Positions 1 through 10,680 of a DNA stretch of 64,000 nt are shown one piece after another. Below the pieces are notes generated by a model. The model had not been told where the DNA came from. It made no database searches and saw only the letters and a program-made list of their open reading frames with translations. The stretch's first letter is position 1; each line of letters starts with the position of its first letter. The stretch comes from an uncultured Gammaproteobacteria bacterium (GTDB lineage: Bacteria; Pseudomonadota; Gammaproteobacteria; Steroidobacterales; Rariloculaceae): the NCBI GenBank assembly GCA_964384125.1, contig CAYLKA010000003.1:548-64547 (forward strand), read 5' to 3'. A program made the position numbers and the translations under genes.

Positions 1-48
1 CCGACGCGATATGATCGGGGCCTGGTATCAGAGAATCAAGGTAAGCCC

Positions 49-1560
49 ATGAAAAACCTGCCGGATTTCGAGTTGCTCAGGATCTCTCAGATGGGAGGAC
101 AACCCACTCGCAAAACATTTGACGCCCTCGATCATGTCCTCATCATCTTACCCAACAACCCACCGGATGCGCTGTTCCGCCGGGCTCCCCAAGGCGCTCA
201 GCTCAAACGGTTGCTGAGAAAGGCACGCACCACTGACCTCGATTCGGCTTCGACGAGATTAAACAACACCAGAGCGACGGGGCTCACCGTTGCTAAATTC
301 GATGGGGGGTCGGCATTCGCTCAGCTCACGTGGGCTCGAAAACTCATCGCCCAGTGCAACCAGGAGAAACCGACCAGCCTGGGTATGCTGATTCTAGGTC
401 TGAACGAGCAACATCGGACATCCGCGGTTGAAGCTCTGGTCGCCGCCGCGGAGGCAACCGCATTCGAGTTGCCGTCCTTCAAGTCCGAACAGAAACCCGG
501 GTCCCGCCTGAAACGAATCAGAATTCTCGCATCCAAGCCCCGAGTCAATCTCGATACGGTGCGTGCTCAGGCGCTAGGCAATAACATCGCGCGTTGGTTC
601 ACCGCCCTACCGCCCAACGAACTCGACGCAAAAAACTATCGTCACTTCATCAAGGCACTGATTGCCCGGCACGGGATCCAGATGACCATGCTGGGCGAGT
701 CCAAGCTTACCGAACTCGGGGCCAACGCGTTCCTGGCTGTGTCGCAGGGCAACGCAAAACGAGATGCTGGAATCATACAGCTAAGGTATCGTCCTCCCGG
801 CGTCAAGGACGCTGACTTGGTACTGGTTGGCAAAGGTATCCTGTTTGATACGGGTGGAAACAACCTGAAACCGTTCAAAAGCATGCTCGACATGCATATG
901 GATATGGAAGGTAGCGCTGTCGCGCTTGGCACACTGATCGCGCTCGCAACGCTCGAAGTGCCCTACGGTGTCGATGCATGGTTGCCCATCACCGAGAACC
1001 GCCTCTCTGCCACAGCTTACAAATCCCAGGATGTAATTCGAGCAGCAAATGGGACAACCATACAGATCATTCACACAGACGCTGAAGGACGTATGGTTCT
1101 TGCGGATACACTTGCGCTTGCTGCGCGCGAGGATCCAAAACTCCTAATCGACTACGCCACATTGACTGGCACATGCGTCAGTGCTTTGACAGAACTTTAC
1201 TCAGGTGTTTTCACCAACCGGCTCAAAGCAAACTCGATGCTCTATGACGCTGGCGCCTTATCTGGAGAACGGGTATGGCCTTTTCCCATGGACGAAGATT
1301 TCGACGAGATGCTCCGCAGCGAGGTCGCCGATATCAAGCAGTGTTCTGAGGCGGGCTATGGCGACCATATTCTTGCGGCCCGGTTCCTTTCCAAATTCGT
1401 GCCCGAAGAGATACCGTGGATTCACATCGACCTTAGCGCAGGCCAACACAAGGGTGGACTTGCCCATATTCCATCGGAGATCACCGGTTTCGGAGTCAAA
1501 CTAACGTTGGAACTCATGCGCAACAGGGATCCCGCTAAGCTCGCCGAAAAACTCTCGTGA
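49..1560 (+). CDS. M17-family leucyl aminopeptidase
   Basis: 503-aa ORF. Catalytic-domain motifs [17 protein letters not shown] and [12 protein letters not shown] (NTDAEGR-type M17 signature). Confidence 0.85.
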   Translation: MKNLPDFELLRISQMGGQPTRKTFDALDHVLIILPNNPPDALFRRAPQGAQLKRLLRKARTTDLDSASTRLNNTRATGLTVAKFDGGSAFAQLTWARKLIAQCNQEKPTSLGMLILGLNEQHRTSAVEALVAAAEATAFELPSFKSEQKPGSRLKRIRILASKPRVNLDTVRAQALGNNIARWFTALPPNELDAKNYRHFIKALIARHGIQMTMLGESKLTELGANAFLAVSQGNAKRDAGIIQLRYRPPGVKDADLVLVGKGILFDTGGNNLKPFKSMLDMHMDMEGSAVALGTLIALATLEVPYGVDAWLPITENRLSATAYKSQDVIRAANGTTIQIIHTDAEGRMVLADTLALAAREDPKLLIDYATLTGTCVSALTELYSGVFTNRLKANSMLYDAGALSGERVWPFPMDEDFDEMLRSEVADIKQCSEAGYGDHILAARFLSKFVPEEIPWIHIDLSAGQHKGGLAHIPSEITGFGVKLTLELMRNRDPAKLAEKLS

Positions 1561-2222
1561 CCTCATCATCCGAACAAAGCCAGCAGGCCAAAGACGACGC
1601 CCCAGGGATCGCCCAACGGTTCCGTGGATTCCTCCCTGTGGTAGTCGATGTCGAGACGGGGGGGTTCGTGTCCGCAACTGACGCACTGTTGGAAATTGCA
1701 GCCGTAACAATTCGGTTAGATGACGATGGCCACGTGCGTCCCGGCGAAACAATCCGCTATCACGTCAAACCATTCCCTGGAGCGAGACTGGATCCTGCTT
1801 CTCTCGAAGTAACCGGAATCGATCCGTTCCATCCCTTGCGTCCAGCGCTGGAAGAATCGGACGCAGTCCGACGCGTCTTCAAGGATGTCCGAAAAGAAGT
1901 CAAGGCGCAGAAATGCAATAGGGCAATATTGGTCGGTCACAATGCATTTTTCGACCTTCAGTTCCTAAATGCAGTCGTTGAACGGACAAACATCAAGCGA
2001 AACCCCTTTCACCCGTTCTCGAGTTTCGACACTGTGACATTGGGCGGTCTCGCAGTCGGTCAGACGGTATTGGGTAAGGCCGTGGTCGCTGCCGGCTTCG
2101 ACTGGGACGAGAACCAAGCCCATTCCGCAGCTTACGATGCGGAGATGACAGCTTTACTGTTTTGCGAAATCGTGAACCGGTGCAAGCCAATCTACGAGGT
2201 AGCTACTCGCCCAGCTCCTTAG
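1557..2222 (+). CDS. rnt: ribonuclease T (DEDDh exonuclease)
   Basis: 221 aa. Exo motifs [21 protein letters not shown] and [11 protein letters not shown] start overlaps the upstream stop (GTGA). Confidence 0.85.
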   Translation: MTSSSEQSQQAKDDAPGIAQRFRGFLPVVVDVETGGFVSATDALLEIAAVTIRLDDDGHVRPGETIRYHVKPFPGARLDPASLEVTGIDPFHPLRPALEESDAVRRVFKDVRKEVKAQKCNRAILVGHNAFFDLQFLNAVVERTNIKRNPFHPFSSFDTVTLGGLAVGQTVLGKAVVAAGFDWDENQAHSAAYDAEMTALLFCEIVNRCKPIYEVATRPAP

Positions 2223-2553
2223 GTTCATCCGATCGCGGAGTATCGCCGGCCGACTCAATCAGATCTTTCAGCTCTCCCGACTGGTAGAGCTCGAGCGCGA
2301 TATCGCAGCCACCAATCAACTCACCATTCACATAGAGCTGAGGAAATGTCGGCCAGTTCGAATAGGCTTTGAGGCCTTCTCGAATCTCGGGATCTTCGAA
2401 GATATTCACAGAAGAGAATTCCGCGCCCACAGCCCGCAAGGCCGCAACCGTTTGCGCCGAGAAGCCGCACTGCGGGAAATCCGGCGTACCCTTCATGTAA
2501 AGCAGAACTGGGGAGCTGTCCAGCTGACCCTTAATTCGTTCGTTGACGTCCAT
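2203..2553 (-). CDS. grxD: monothiol glutaredoxin (Grx4 family)
   Basis: 116 aa. CGFS active site (FPQCGFS) and [19 protein letters not shown]. Confidence 0.9.
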   Translation of the reverse strand: MDVNERIKGQLDSSPVLLYMKGTPDFPQCGFSAQTVAALRAVGAEFSSVNIFEDPEIREGLKAYSNWPTFPQLYVNGELIGGCDIALELYQSGELKDLIESAGDTPRSDEPKELGE

Positions 2554-2739
2554 TCCTCTTAGTCTCCGTTAGGGCGCTCGAAAATCGTGCAAGCCAAAAA
2601 TGTCAAGACGATATTGGAGGCAGCAATTATTGAATAATGAAGGTCTGTAACCTATCCTTCAAGGGTCATTCGATCAAGCTTTTGCCCTGATCGATCCCGA
2701 AATTATCGCAAGAACTTGCTTCCTGGGAGGGGACATCCT

Positions 2740-3333
2740 ATGAATCCGCTGACCACCGTTAAAAGCACAATCATCAGTGGTGTTGTGCTTGCCCTCTTGA
2801 TCGGAATCCTGACCAACGGCATCCAGATCAACGAACTCAGCCTTATCATTTGGATCCATGCCCTAGCTGGGATCACCTGGATCGGGCTCCTCTATTATTT
2901 TAACTTTGTTCAGGTTCCCGCACTTGCGGAAGCAGCCTCCGATGAAGGTGGCCCCGGTGGCGCCGGCATTACGAAATACGTTGCTCCGCGTGCATTGTGG
3001 TGGTTTCGCTGGGGAGCAGTAGTCACGTGGCTTTCCGGAGCCTCCTACTTACTTCGCATTGGACAATTGGGCGACGCCTTCATGCTTGGCGGCGGCTCTG
3101 GCCCCGGCCTGGTGATTGGCGTGGGTGCATGGCTCGGCACGATCATGTTGTTCAATGTATGGGCGCTTATTTGGCCTAATCAGAAAAAGATTCTAGGCAT
3201 GGTCGAGGCGACGGCTGACGAGATTGCAAAGGCCCGCCGAGTGGCGTTTCTCGCTTCACGAACGAACACCCTTCTTTCCATCCCAATGCTCATGAGCATG
3301 GTAGGTTATAGTCACGGTGGTTTCTTCATCTAA
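2740..3333 (+). CDS. integral membrane protein, possibly of the urate-oxidase N-terminal membrane-domain family
   Basis: ORF opens at TTG 2716. ATG 2740 is preceded by GGGAGGGGA. Several hydrophobic segments. The motif HALAGITWIGLLYYFNFVQ resembles that family from recall only. Confidence 0.55.
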   Translation: MNPLTTVKSTIISGVVLALLIGILTNGIQINELSLIIWIHALAGITWIGLLYYFNFVQVPALAEAASDEGGPGGAGITKYVAPRALWWFRWGAVVTWLSGASYLLRIGQLGDAFMLGGGSGPGLVIGVGAWLGTIMLFNVWALIWPNQKKILGMVEATADEIAKARRVAFLASRTNTLLSIPMLMSMVGYSHGGFFI

Positions 3334-3354
3334 GAACAGGCCCAATTGAATTGC

Positions 3355-3396
3355 GAAGCCCGGAAAGGTTCTTTCCTTTCCGGGCTTCTTTCGTTT
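3355..3396 (+). terminator. rho-independent terminator after the membrane-protein gene
   Basis: Perfect 14-bp stem GAAGCCCGGAAAGG / CCTTTCCGGGCTTC with a 6-nt loop, followed by TTTCGTTT. Confidence 0.75.
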
Positions 3397-3425
3397 CGCA
3401 ATATTGAACTCCAAATACCCTTGTG

Positions 3426-4292
3426 ATGGCAGAACTGTCAAAAAAATCACCGGTCGACCTCGACGCAGACATCATTACCCAAACTGTTGCTGGCGCGCTC
3501 GAGGAGGATATCGGTATAGGGGACCTAACTGCCGAACTGGTAAACGAACGCTCCACAAAGACCGCGGAAGTACGAACGCGACAGGACTGTGTGCTTTGTG
3601 GCATTCCTTGGTTTAACGAAGTTTTCCTCCAACTCTGCAACGAGGAGGTTGTGGACTGGCACCACTCTGATGGTGATGCCATCACGGCCGATACGGTGGT
3701 ATGTACACTGGAAGGTCCGGCGCGGGTGTTGCTGTCAGGCGAGCGAACAGCTCTAAACTTCCTCCAATTGCTGTCCGCAACAGCAACCACTACACGGGTC
3801 TATGTCGAGGCGGTGCACAACACCGGAGCGCAAATCTTGGATACCCGTAAAACGATCCCCGGGCTCCGAGCCGCACAGAAGTATGCCGTGCGCTGCGGTG
3901 GGGGAGGCAATCATCGTCAGGGGCTATTCGACGCTATCCTTATCAAGGAAAACCACATCGCTGCCGCGGGCGGGATAGGCCCAGCCGTTACGGCCGGCCG
4001 CAAGCTCGACCCTCTCGTCATGCTGGAAGTCGAAGTGGAGACACTAGATGAACTGCGAGAAGCACTCGCTTCCGACGTCGACCGAATCATGCTAGACAAC
4101 TTTTCTATTCCACAGTTGAAAGCTGCCGTTCTGGAACGCAAAACTCGTCAACCGAGTATAAAATTGGAGGCTTCCGGAGGAATCGATCTGGATGAGATAC
4201 GGACGATCGCACTGACAGGCGTAGACTTCATTTCAGTCGGTGCCCTAACAAAACACACTAAGGCCATCGACTTCTCGATGCGAATTCTCTAG
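3426..4292 (+). CDS. nadC: nicotinate-nucleotide diphosphorylase (quinolinate phosphoribosyltransferase)
   Basis: Motifs GERTALNFLQ, DTRKTIPGLR, KYAVRCGGGGNHR and LIKENHI. The ORF track starts at GTG 3423; ATG is at 3426. Confidence 0.9.
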   Translation: MAELSKKSPVDLDADIITQTVAGALEEDIGIGDLTAELVNERSTKTAEVRTRQDCVLCGIPWFNEVFLQLCNEEVVDWHHSDGDAITADTVVCTLEGPARVLLSGERTALNFLQLLSATATTTRVYVEAVHNTGAQILDTRKTIPGLRAAQKYAVRCGGGGNHRQGLFDAILIKENHIAAAGGIGPAVTAGRKLDPLVMLEVEVETLDELREALASDVDRIMLDNFSIPQLKAAVLERKTRQPSIKLEASGGIDLDEIRTIALTGVDFISVGALTKHTKAIDFSMRIL

Positions 4293-4402
4293 CGAGGGCT
4301 AAACAAGACTCAGGAAACAGCCGGCAAGAACCCCTTCGACCCATTAACCCCTAATCCCTAAGCATATTCCACACCGCATCATCAGAATAAAACAGGCAAT
4401 GA

Positions 4403-4948
4403 ATGGACATCTCAGGTGAATATCGCCTCAGCGTACCAAGGCAACAGGCTTGGGACGCTCTCCTAGATCCGGATACGTTGCGCAGCTGTATCCCGGGATG
4501 TGAATCACTCGAACGGCTTGACCAAGATCACTATCAGGCTCGGATAAAGACGGCTATTGGGCCTGTCCGAGCCACCTTCGATACTGAGTTGCACATCAGG
4601 AATGCCAAGCCTCCGGAGCGCTATCGACTCGACGGAGCAGGCAAGGGAGGCGCCGTAGGATTCGGACGCGGGCATGCCGACGTAACCCTGGACGACGAGG
4701 ACGGTGACACCGTCCTTCGATACACCGCAGCGTTTCAAGTCGGGGGACGACTTGCGCAACTAGGTTCGAGGTTGGTACTGGCTGCTACTAGGAAGCTTGC
4801 GGACGACTTTTTCGAGCAACTGACGAAACACATCGACTCGAAAGCCGAACGCATCGACAAGCCTCCGCCGTCGCGAACCATAACGGTACTCGCCTTAGCT
4901 GCTGTGGTCATAATCCTCGCGTTCTTTATTTGGTGGCTCTCTAACTAA
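4403..4948 (+). CDS. CoxG/SRPBCC-family protein with C-terminal membrane anchor
   Basis: 181 aa. N-terminal pattern (YRLSVPRQQAWDALLDPDTLRSCIPGCE) is typical of CoxG-like proteins. Hydrophobic tail ITVLALAAVVIILAFFIWWL. Confidence 0.65.
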   Translation: MDISGEYRLSVPRQQAWDALLDPDTLRSCIPGCESLERLDQDHYQARIKTAIGPVRATFDTELHIRNAKPPERYRLDGAGKGGAVGFGRGHADVTLDDEDGDTVLRYTAAFQVGGRLAQLGSRLVLAATRKLADDFFEQLTKHIDSKAERIDKPPPSRTITVLALAAVVIILAFFIWWLSN

Positions 4949-4981
4949 CACGACATAACCGCCCCGCTGTACTGCGAACGG

Positions 4982-5785
4982 TCAGGCAAGCTCGCGGCCC
5001 CGTTCCGTCGCAGCCCGCACCGCTTCCGTCATAAGCTCCACCAACCCGTTGTCGCCCATCAAAACACCTAGTGCCGCTTCCGTCGTACCTCCCGGACTCG
5101 TCACGCGACGCCGAAGCTCCGCAGCATCGACCTCCGCTCCGAACGCCAGCGCACCTGCACCGGCAACCGTCGTAACGGCAAGCTCAGCTGATAGTTCTCT
5201 ACTGAGTCCCATGTCGACACCCGCCTCGGTCAGGCTCTCGATAACGAGAAATACATACGCCGGTCCGCTCCCAGAAACACCGGTTACGGCATCCATCAAC
5301 CTTTCATCCTCCAGCCAGGCGACCCGACCCACTGCCGACATTACGTCCTCGCAGGCTTTACGCTGATCGGGCTCAACCATCGCGTTGGCGACCAGCACGG
5401 TCATACTCTGTCCGATGGCGGCCGGCATGTTCGGCATTCCACGGACAATGGCAGCTTGTCCAATAACACCTTCTAAGTACGAGATGGGTATGCCAGCGGC
5501 TATAGACAAGAAAATGCGATTGCTGTCTGCAAGATCGCGGTATACGGGCAGCGCAGTGTCGAGCTGCTGAGGTTTGACCGCAAGTACAATCAAGTCTGAG
5601 TCGGCACCAACATCAAGTGCATCGGTAGCTCTGACGCCAAGTGATGCCGCATTGGACCGCGCCCGCTCATCCGGCTCGACCACACTTACGTCCTTCTTCG
5701 ACCATCCGTTATCGAGCCATCCGCGCAGGAGCGCATGACCCATGTTGCCGCAGCCGACTAGGAGTATTTTAGGTTGCCAGCTCAT
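4982..5785 (-). CDS. proC: pyrroline-5-carboxylate reductase
   Basis: Rossmann start ILLVGCGNMGHALL and C-terminal signature VTSPGGTTEAAL. Its start overlaps the stop of the upstream symporter gene by 4 nt. Confidence 0.9.
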   Translation of the reverse strand: MSWQPKILLVGCGNMGHALLRGWLDNGWSKKDVSVVEPDERARSNAASLGVRATDALDVGADSDLIVLAVKPQQLDTALPVYRDLADSNRIFLSIAAGIPISYLEGVIGQAAIVRGMPNMPAAIGQSMTVLVANAMVEPDQRKACEDVMSAVGRVAWLEDERLMDAVTGVSGSGPAYVFLVIESLTEAGVDMGLSRELSAELAVTTVAGAGALAFGAEVDAAELRRRVTSPGGTTEAALGVLMGDNGLVELMTEAVRAATERGRELA

Positions 5786-7083
5786 GGATCACCTTCGGAA
5801 CCACCCTCCAGGGATGCCGATCGCAAAGAAGGGTCAAGTATCGCCTTAGAATCATTGAAAATCTCAAGGTCAAGCGCTTCCTCACTATGCGCGATGACAC
5901 ACGTGACGGTACCATCACCCGCCACGTTGATGGCCGTACGTAACATATCCAGCAAACGGTCGACTCCGATAATGAGTGCTATCCCTTCAACCGGCAGCCC
6001 CACCTGACCCAGGACCATGGCCAGCATTATCAGACCCGCGCTTGGGACAGCCGCTGTACCGATCGAGGCGAGTGTCGCGGTCAGCACAACAGTGAGGTAG
6101 TCGCTGAATACGAGGTCTACACCGTAGACATTAGCGATAAAGACCGTAGCGACTCCTTGCATGATAGCCGTACCGTCCATGTTGATCGTCGCGCCCAACG
6201 GGACGGTGAATGAAGCAATAGAATTCTTGACACCCAGCCGGGTCTCCAGCGTGTTCAGAGTGACCGGGATCGTGGCGGCAGAAGAGGAGGTGCTAAACGC
6301 AAAGGACATAGGCGCCCGCATCTTCGTCAGGAATTTCACAGGGCCCATACCCGAAAACCTAAGGATCGCGCTGTATGTCAAGAGCAGGTGCAGGACCAGA
6401 ATGACAGCTACAAGAATGAAGTATTCGGCTAAAGGCCCGAAGATCTCGATTCCTTGCGTCGCGAAGGTACGACTAATCAGCGCGAATACACCAATCGGCG
6501 CTAGGAGGATAATCATCAAGACCATCTTCAAAATGACCTCATTGAGGTCGCTGAACAACCGCACGACGGGCTTGCCGCGTTCACCCGCAAGATTGGCGCC
6601 AAAACCGAACAGTAGCGCAAAGACTATGATCTGAAGCATCTGTCCTTCAGCCATCGCCTGAATGGGATTCTCGGGGAAAATATTGATGAGCACATCGGCG
6701 AGTGGTGGTGCCTCTCGAGGCACATACTCCGCAAACTCGCCAGACATCTCAAAACCGCCGCCAGGTGACACCACACGCGCAAAGGTTAGAGCAAGCATGA
6801 TCGCGACCGCGGTGGTAAAGAGGTACAGACCCAAGGTCTTCGCTCCGACCCGCCCAATCGTTCTCAGGTCCCCCATGGCATTGACACCGCAGACCAGCGA
6901 AACCAGCACGAGCGGCACAACCATGAGCTTCAATAGGGCGAGAAAGGCCGCGCCTACTACGTAGAACAATCCGTCCACTAGGAAGGCGTTCACCACTGGC
7001 ACGATGGAACCAAACATGTTGAGGGCAAGGCCTACGACAATGCCAGCAAACATAGAGAGTAGAATGCGTTGCGTAAAACTCAC
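5782..7083 (-). CDS. dicarboxylate/amino acid:cation symporter (DAACS family)
   Basis: 433 aa, polytopic. Family motifs SSSAATIPV, GATINMDGTA and DRLLDMLRTAINVAGD. Confidence 0.85.
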   Translation of the reverse strand: MSFTQRILLSMFAGIVVGLALNMFGSIVPVVNAFLVDGLFYVVGAAFLALLKLMVVPLVLVSLVCGVNAMGDLRTIGRVGAKTLGLYLFTTAVAIMLALTFARVVSPGGGFEMSGEFAEYVPREAPPLADVLINIFPENPIQAMAEGQMLQIIVFALLFGFGANLAGERGKPVVRLFSDLNEVILKMVLMIILLAPIGVFALISRTFATQGIEIFGPLAEYFILVAVILVLHLLLTYSAILRFSGMGPVKFLTKMRAPMSFAFSTSSSAATIPVTLNTLETRLGVKNSIASFTVPLGATINMDGTAIMQGVATVFIANVYGVDLVFSDYLTVVLTATLASIGTAAVPSAGLIMLAMVLGQVGLPVEGIALIIGVDRLLDMLRTAINVAGDGTVTCVIAHSEEALDLEIFNDSKAILDPSLRSASLEGGSEGDP

Positions 7084-7271
7084 GAGCCTTCCAAGGCCTG
7101 TCTGACGCTAGAACCCGGCAACCTAGCGGTTCCAGAGACGGTACGCAACCGCCGCCAAGCAGTTGCCGCTACTTGACAGGCAACGCCTGGCCACCGCTAC
7201 GTACGCAATACGCCATCCAGCGTCTAGCGGGGATAGTGGTAAAAAAAGAAGGCAGGGAGGAATGCAAGGTT

Positions 7272-9287
7272 TCAAGCGGTAAGCTTGCGGCTAAGGTCCT
7301 CCGATCGGACGAGAACCACGCTGGGACGCGGCGCAGCAGCCCCGCCGTCAGGCCAGCTACTGATAGGCTCCTCCACGGTTCCACCCTCACCCGGATGCTG
7401 AACGCCGAGCAAGAGGCTTCTGCCATCCGACGTTATCTCGCAACCAACCACCTCACAACCGACCGGGCCGCTCATGAACCGTTGCACCGCACCCCGAGCC
7501 GCGCCTTCCGTCGGACACACGTAACAACCATCGTTGTTGCCCCTGGGCTGATCACCGTCGGTCGTTATCCAAAGATTGCCGTCATGATCAAAAGTAAGAT
7601 TGTCGGGAGCCGCGAACGCGCTGAGACTGTCGGGCTCGGCATATCCCGCGTAATAGGTACTGTCTGGATCCAACGCGCCAGCATGGGGTGCAAGCGTGGC
7701 CAGGAATTGCCCGCGGGCAGGATCGCCTGCCAGCAGGAAGATCTCCCAACGAAACGCTACAGAGGCGGCATCCGCACCATCCTCTGAAATCTCGATGATG
7801 TGCCCCCAAGGATTCGGGACCCGGGGATTGGAGCTATGTGAACCCGCGCTGACTACGCGCCCGGAAGATTCCAACTCGCCCTCCTCCCTATCCGGATTAT
7901 TCGTGCAAGCCACGTAAACCTTATTTGTCACTGGGCTGACAGCAATGTCCTCCGGCCGATCCATCGGCGTTGCACCCATCAGATCTGCTGCCTCCCGACA
8001 TCGGAGCATGACGTCACCCTGGGAATGAAAATCACGTTGATCCGTTAACTCGGGATGCTCTCCCCAGACCATCGGCACCCATTCACCGCCACCGTCCTCG
8101 CTGAAACGAGCCACATAGAGCGTCCCCGAATCTAACAAGTCCACATTCGCCTCCGGATTCTCCGGATCGAATGCATCACGAGTAACGAACTTGTAGAGAT
8201 ACTCGAATGCCGAGTCATCTCCCATGTAGACGACGACCCGGCCATCCGGCGCAACCACCGTCGTCGCTCCCTCGTGCTTGAAGCGCCCGAGAGCGGTTCT
8301 CTTCTTTATGGGTGCGGACGGATCCCGGGGGTCAATTTCCACTATCCAGCCGAACTTAAACGGCTCTTTGGGATTTAGCGCCACGTCGAACCGAGGATCA
8401 GCAAACTCCCACCGGAACCGACTCTCCAAACCTCGCGGGCGAAAGCGATTGTGAACGCGCTCGACATCGCGCGTAAAACGAGCAGCCCGACGGTTGCCGA
8501 AGAAAGTATCTACGCCCTCCTCTGCCGTGAGGTAGGTGCCCCAAGGAGTAGTCCCTGCCGCACAATTAAAGATGGTACCGTTGACGCTAGTGCCCGTGGG
8601 GTCCTGTGCGGTCTTAACAAGCTCATGTCCACGAACCGGCCCCGAGAGCTGAATCGGAGTATTCGCAGTAATCCGTCGATTGAGAGGTGAATCGATCTGC
8701 AACTGCCAATCCGGTGACAAGCCAAAGTGGGCGACACTGACACCGACAGCAGCCTGCATAAACGCGACACATTGAGGGTTCTCTCGAACGAAAGCGGCAG
8801 CCTGACGGGCCCGCTGGGCCACACGAAACCCCGGGAAAAGCAACTCGGGATTGGGATACTCATGATTGACGCAGACCAAAGCCTCGCCGCCACCAATATC
8901 GAATAGACCCATGCCATCGCAGTTGTAGCCGAACTGTCTCGCCTGAGCCCGAGCCGCCGACGGCTCCAAGAGCCCGCCCCTCGCCACTGAATGAGCATCT
9001 AAGGCAGGAACGTTCGGAAACAGCGGATCGCCCCATCGAATCAGAACATCCGCACGATAGCCTGGCGGCACGACCACCGCGTCAGCGTTGGACGGTGCAA
9101 CGCTCTCAAAGCCCAGATCTCTCAAAGGATCGGCTCTCTGAGCCAGAGCATACCTCGGGGCCAACGCCGAGAGGAGCGCGAGCTCCGAACCGCGGCCCAA
9201 CAGGAGCCGGCGAGTCAACCGCTGATGCCATAGAGAGATCGGTGTCGTGTCGCTCTTGGGAGCCATGAAAGCTTCGTCAGGCCTCAT
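7272..9287 (-). CDS. phoX: PhoX-type (DUF839) exported alkaline phosphatase
   Basis: 671 aa. Twin-arginine leader (LTRRLLLGRGSELALLSALAP). Overall resemblance to PhoX/DUF839 proteins is from recall. Confidence 0.75.
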   Translation of the reverse strand: MRPDEAFMAPKSDTTPISLWHQRLTRRLLLGRGSELALLSALAPRYALAQRADPLRDLGFESVAPSNADAVVVPPGYRADVLIRWGDPLFPNVPALDAHSVARGGLLEPSAARAQARQFGYNCDGMGLFDIGGGEALVCVNHEYPNPELLFPGFRVAQRARQAAAFVRENPQCVAFMQAAVGVSVAHFGLSPDWQLQIDSPLNRRITANTPIQLSGPVRGHELVKTAQDPTGTSVNGTIFNCAAGTTPWGTYLTAEEGVDTFFGNRRAARFTRDVERVHNRFRPRGLESRFRWEFADPRFDVALNPKEPFKFGWIVEIDPRDPSAPIKKRTALGRFKHEGATTVVAPDGRVVVYMGDDSAFEYLYKFVTRDAFDPENPEANVDLLDSGTLYVARFSEDGGGEWVPMVWGEHPELTDQRDFHSQGDVMLRCREAADLMGATPMDRPEDIAVSPVTNKVYVACTNNPDREEGELESSGRVVSAGSHSSNPRVPNPWGHIIEISEDGADAASVAFRWEIFLLAGDPARGQFLATLAPHAGALDPDSTYYAGYAEPDSLSAFAAPDNLTFDHDGNLWITTDGDQPRGNNDGCYVCPTEGAARGAVQRFMSGPVGCEVVGCEITSDGRSLLLGVQHPGEGGTVEEPISSWPDGGAAAPRPSVVLVRSEDLSRKLTA

Positions 9288-9371
9288 TTTACGAGCCAGG
9301 GACGGAGGGTATGTTAGCCTATGCGGCCTGAAAACGAACCCGCCCGCTACTCGAGATACGGAATAGGCTAA

Positions 9372-9758
9372 ATGGCAGAAGAACTACCGGACACAGACGT
9401 ACAGATGGAGGCCAACAGTCTCTATCGAGAAGAGACCTTCACGGATCGCCGCGTGGGTACGTTACAGATATTGACCCCAGTAAACTCGGATGGAACAGCC
9501 GATAGCACCCGTCAGGCCGTCTACGTGGGCCAGACTCAGATCCTGACACCTGCGGGCGCACTGCCATTGAACTTCGAACTGGAAGCGAGCTCTCTCCAGG
9601 AAGCCGTGGAGAAGTTCGGGGATGGGGCGAAGAGCGCGCTCTCTGATGCGATGCAGCGGCTCGACGAGATGCGGCGGGAGGCCGCATCCTCCATCATCGT
9701 ACCGGGCAGTGGAGGAGCTGGCGGAGGTCCACCGGGCGGGGGATTACAGGTCCCATAG
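9372..9758 (+). CDS. hypothetical protein
   Basis: 128-aa ORF with balanced, protein-like composition and a Gly-rich C-terminus. No motif recognised. Confidence 0.45.
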   Translation: MAEELPDTDVQMEANSLYREETFTDRRVGTLQILTPVNSDGTADSTRQAVYVGQTQILTPAGALPLNFELEASSLQEAVEKFGDGAKSALSDAMQRLDEMRREAASSIIVPGSGGAGGGPPGGGLQVP

Positions 9759-9777
9759 TAGTAAGAGGATCAACAAA

Positions 9778-10680
9778 TTGGTAAGAGCCTTTCTAAAAGA
9801 CCCATTGTTTCATTTTCTTGGGCTAGGGCTCGGCCTGCTCCTGCTCTACCAGTTGACCGGAAACCAGGGCGGGGCTGATGAAGAAGTTCTCATCGATCGA
9901 GAAGCGCTACTAACCTACCTGCAATATCAATCGGTTGCTTTCGATAGAGAGCAATTCGAACTGTTCCTGGACGACATGATGCCCCGTGAGACCGAGGATC
10001 TGATCAATGAAGCGGCAAGGGAAGAGATACTCTACAGGGAAGCGGTGGCGCTGGAGCTGGAGCGAGACGACTACATCATCCGTAGCCGATTAGTACAAAA
10101 GCTGCGGTACCTAGCGGAGGGATTTACCAACGACGAGATCGTGCTGAGCGAGGAGGACGTGAGAGCCTATTTCGAGGCAAACCGCAGCACATACGATATT
10201 GACCCTCACATCACCTTCACTCACGTCTTCTACAACGCCGAGCGCCGTGGTGGTGAGGAAGCAATCCGACTCGCCCGAGAGAAACTGCCCGAACTGAATG
10301 AAACGGGTGTACCGTTCGAGGAAGCCTCCAGCCATGGTGACCGTTTCCCATATTTCGTTAATTACGTGGAACGCCCTCCGCAACTGATTGCAAGTCATTT
10401 GGGCGGAGAGGTAGCGGATGCGCTGTTTGAGCTCCCGGCAGACGAAACCCTATGGCACGGCCCTTTCGAATCCAGATTCGGTTTCCATTTGGTGCTAATA
10501 ACCAACCAGGCACCGGAACGGACCCCGACGTTCGAGGAAGTTCGCGATAGGATCGAGTCCGATGCTCTGGCCGCAAGGGCACGGGCGCAAACGGAAGCTG
10601 CTATTCAGGACATCATGAACCGCTATGAGGTCGTGATCAGCCCGGATCTAGAAAACTCGGAGACAGGCTCCGAGCCGTGA
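9778..10680 (+). CDS. membrane-anchored PpiC-type peptidyl-prolyl isomerase-like protein
   Basis: N-terminal TM segment (FHFLGLGLGLLLLY) and rotamase-like C-terminus (FTHVFY..., WHGPFESRFGFHLVLI). Start placed at TTG 9778, with AAGAGGA 8 nt upstream. The ATG at 9622 would overlap the previous ORF by 137 nt. Confidence 0.6.
   Translation: MVRAFLKDPLFHFLGLGLGLLLLYQLTGNQGGADEEVLIDREALLTYLQYQSVAFDREQFELFLDDMMPRETEDLINEAAREEILYREAVALELERDDYIIRSRLVQKLRYLAEGFTNDEIVLSEEDVRAYFEANRSTYDIDPHITFTHVFYNAERRGGEEAIRLAREKLPELNETGVPFEEASSHGDRFPYFVNYVERPPQLIASHLGGEVADALFELPADETLWHGPFESRFGFHLVLITNQAPERTPTFEEVRDRIESDALAARARAQTEAAIQDIMNRYEVVISPDLENSETGSEP

Noticed and set aside
7173-8998. ORFs of 73-204 aa on the plus strand or in alternative minus-strand frames overlapping the phoX gene (for example 7173-7787 and 8510-8998).
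   Set aside because: They lie almost entirely within a well-supported 671-aa gene (7173-7787 also spans the short gap downstream of it). They are Arg/Ser/Pro/Ala-rich, as expected for off-frame translation of GC-rich coding DNA, and have no recognisable motifs.
9288-9371. Pho box upstream of phoX.
   Set aside because: I could not find tandem CTGTCAT-like repeats at 11-bp spacing in this 84-bp region. Regulation by PhoB is therefore unsupported from sequence alone.
9622-9777. The ATG at 9622 as the start of the PPIase-like gene (352-aa version).
   Set aside because: It would overlap the preceding ORF by 137 nt and add an Arg/Ser/Gly-rich segment. TTG 9778 has a good Shine-Dalgarno sequence and begins right before the TM anchor.
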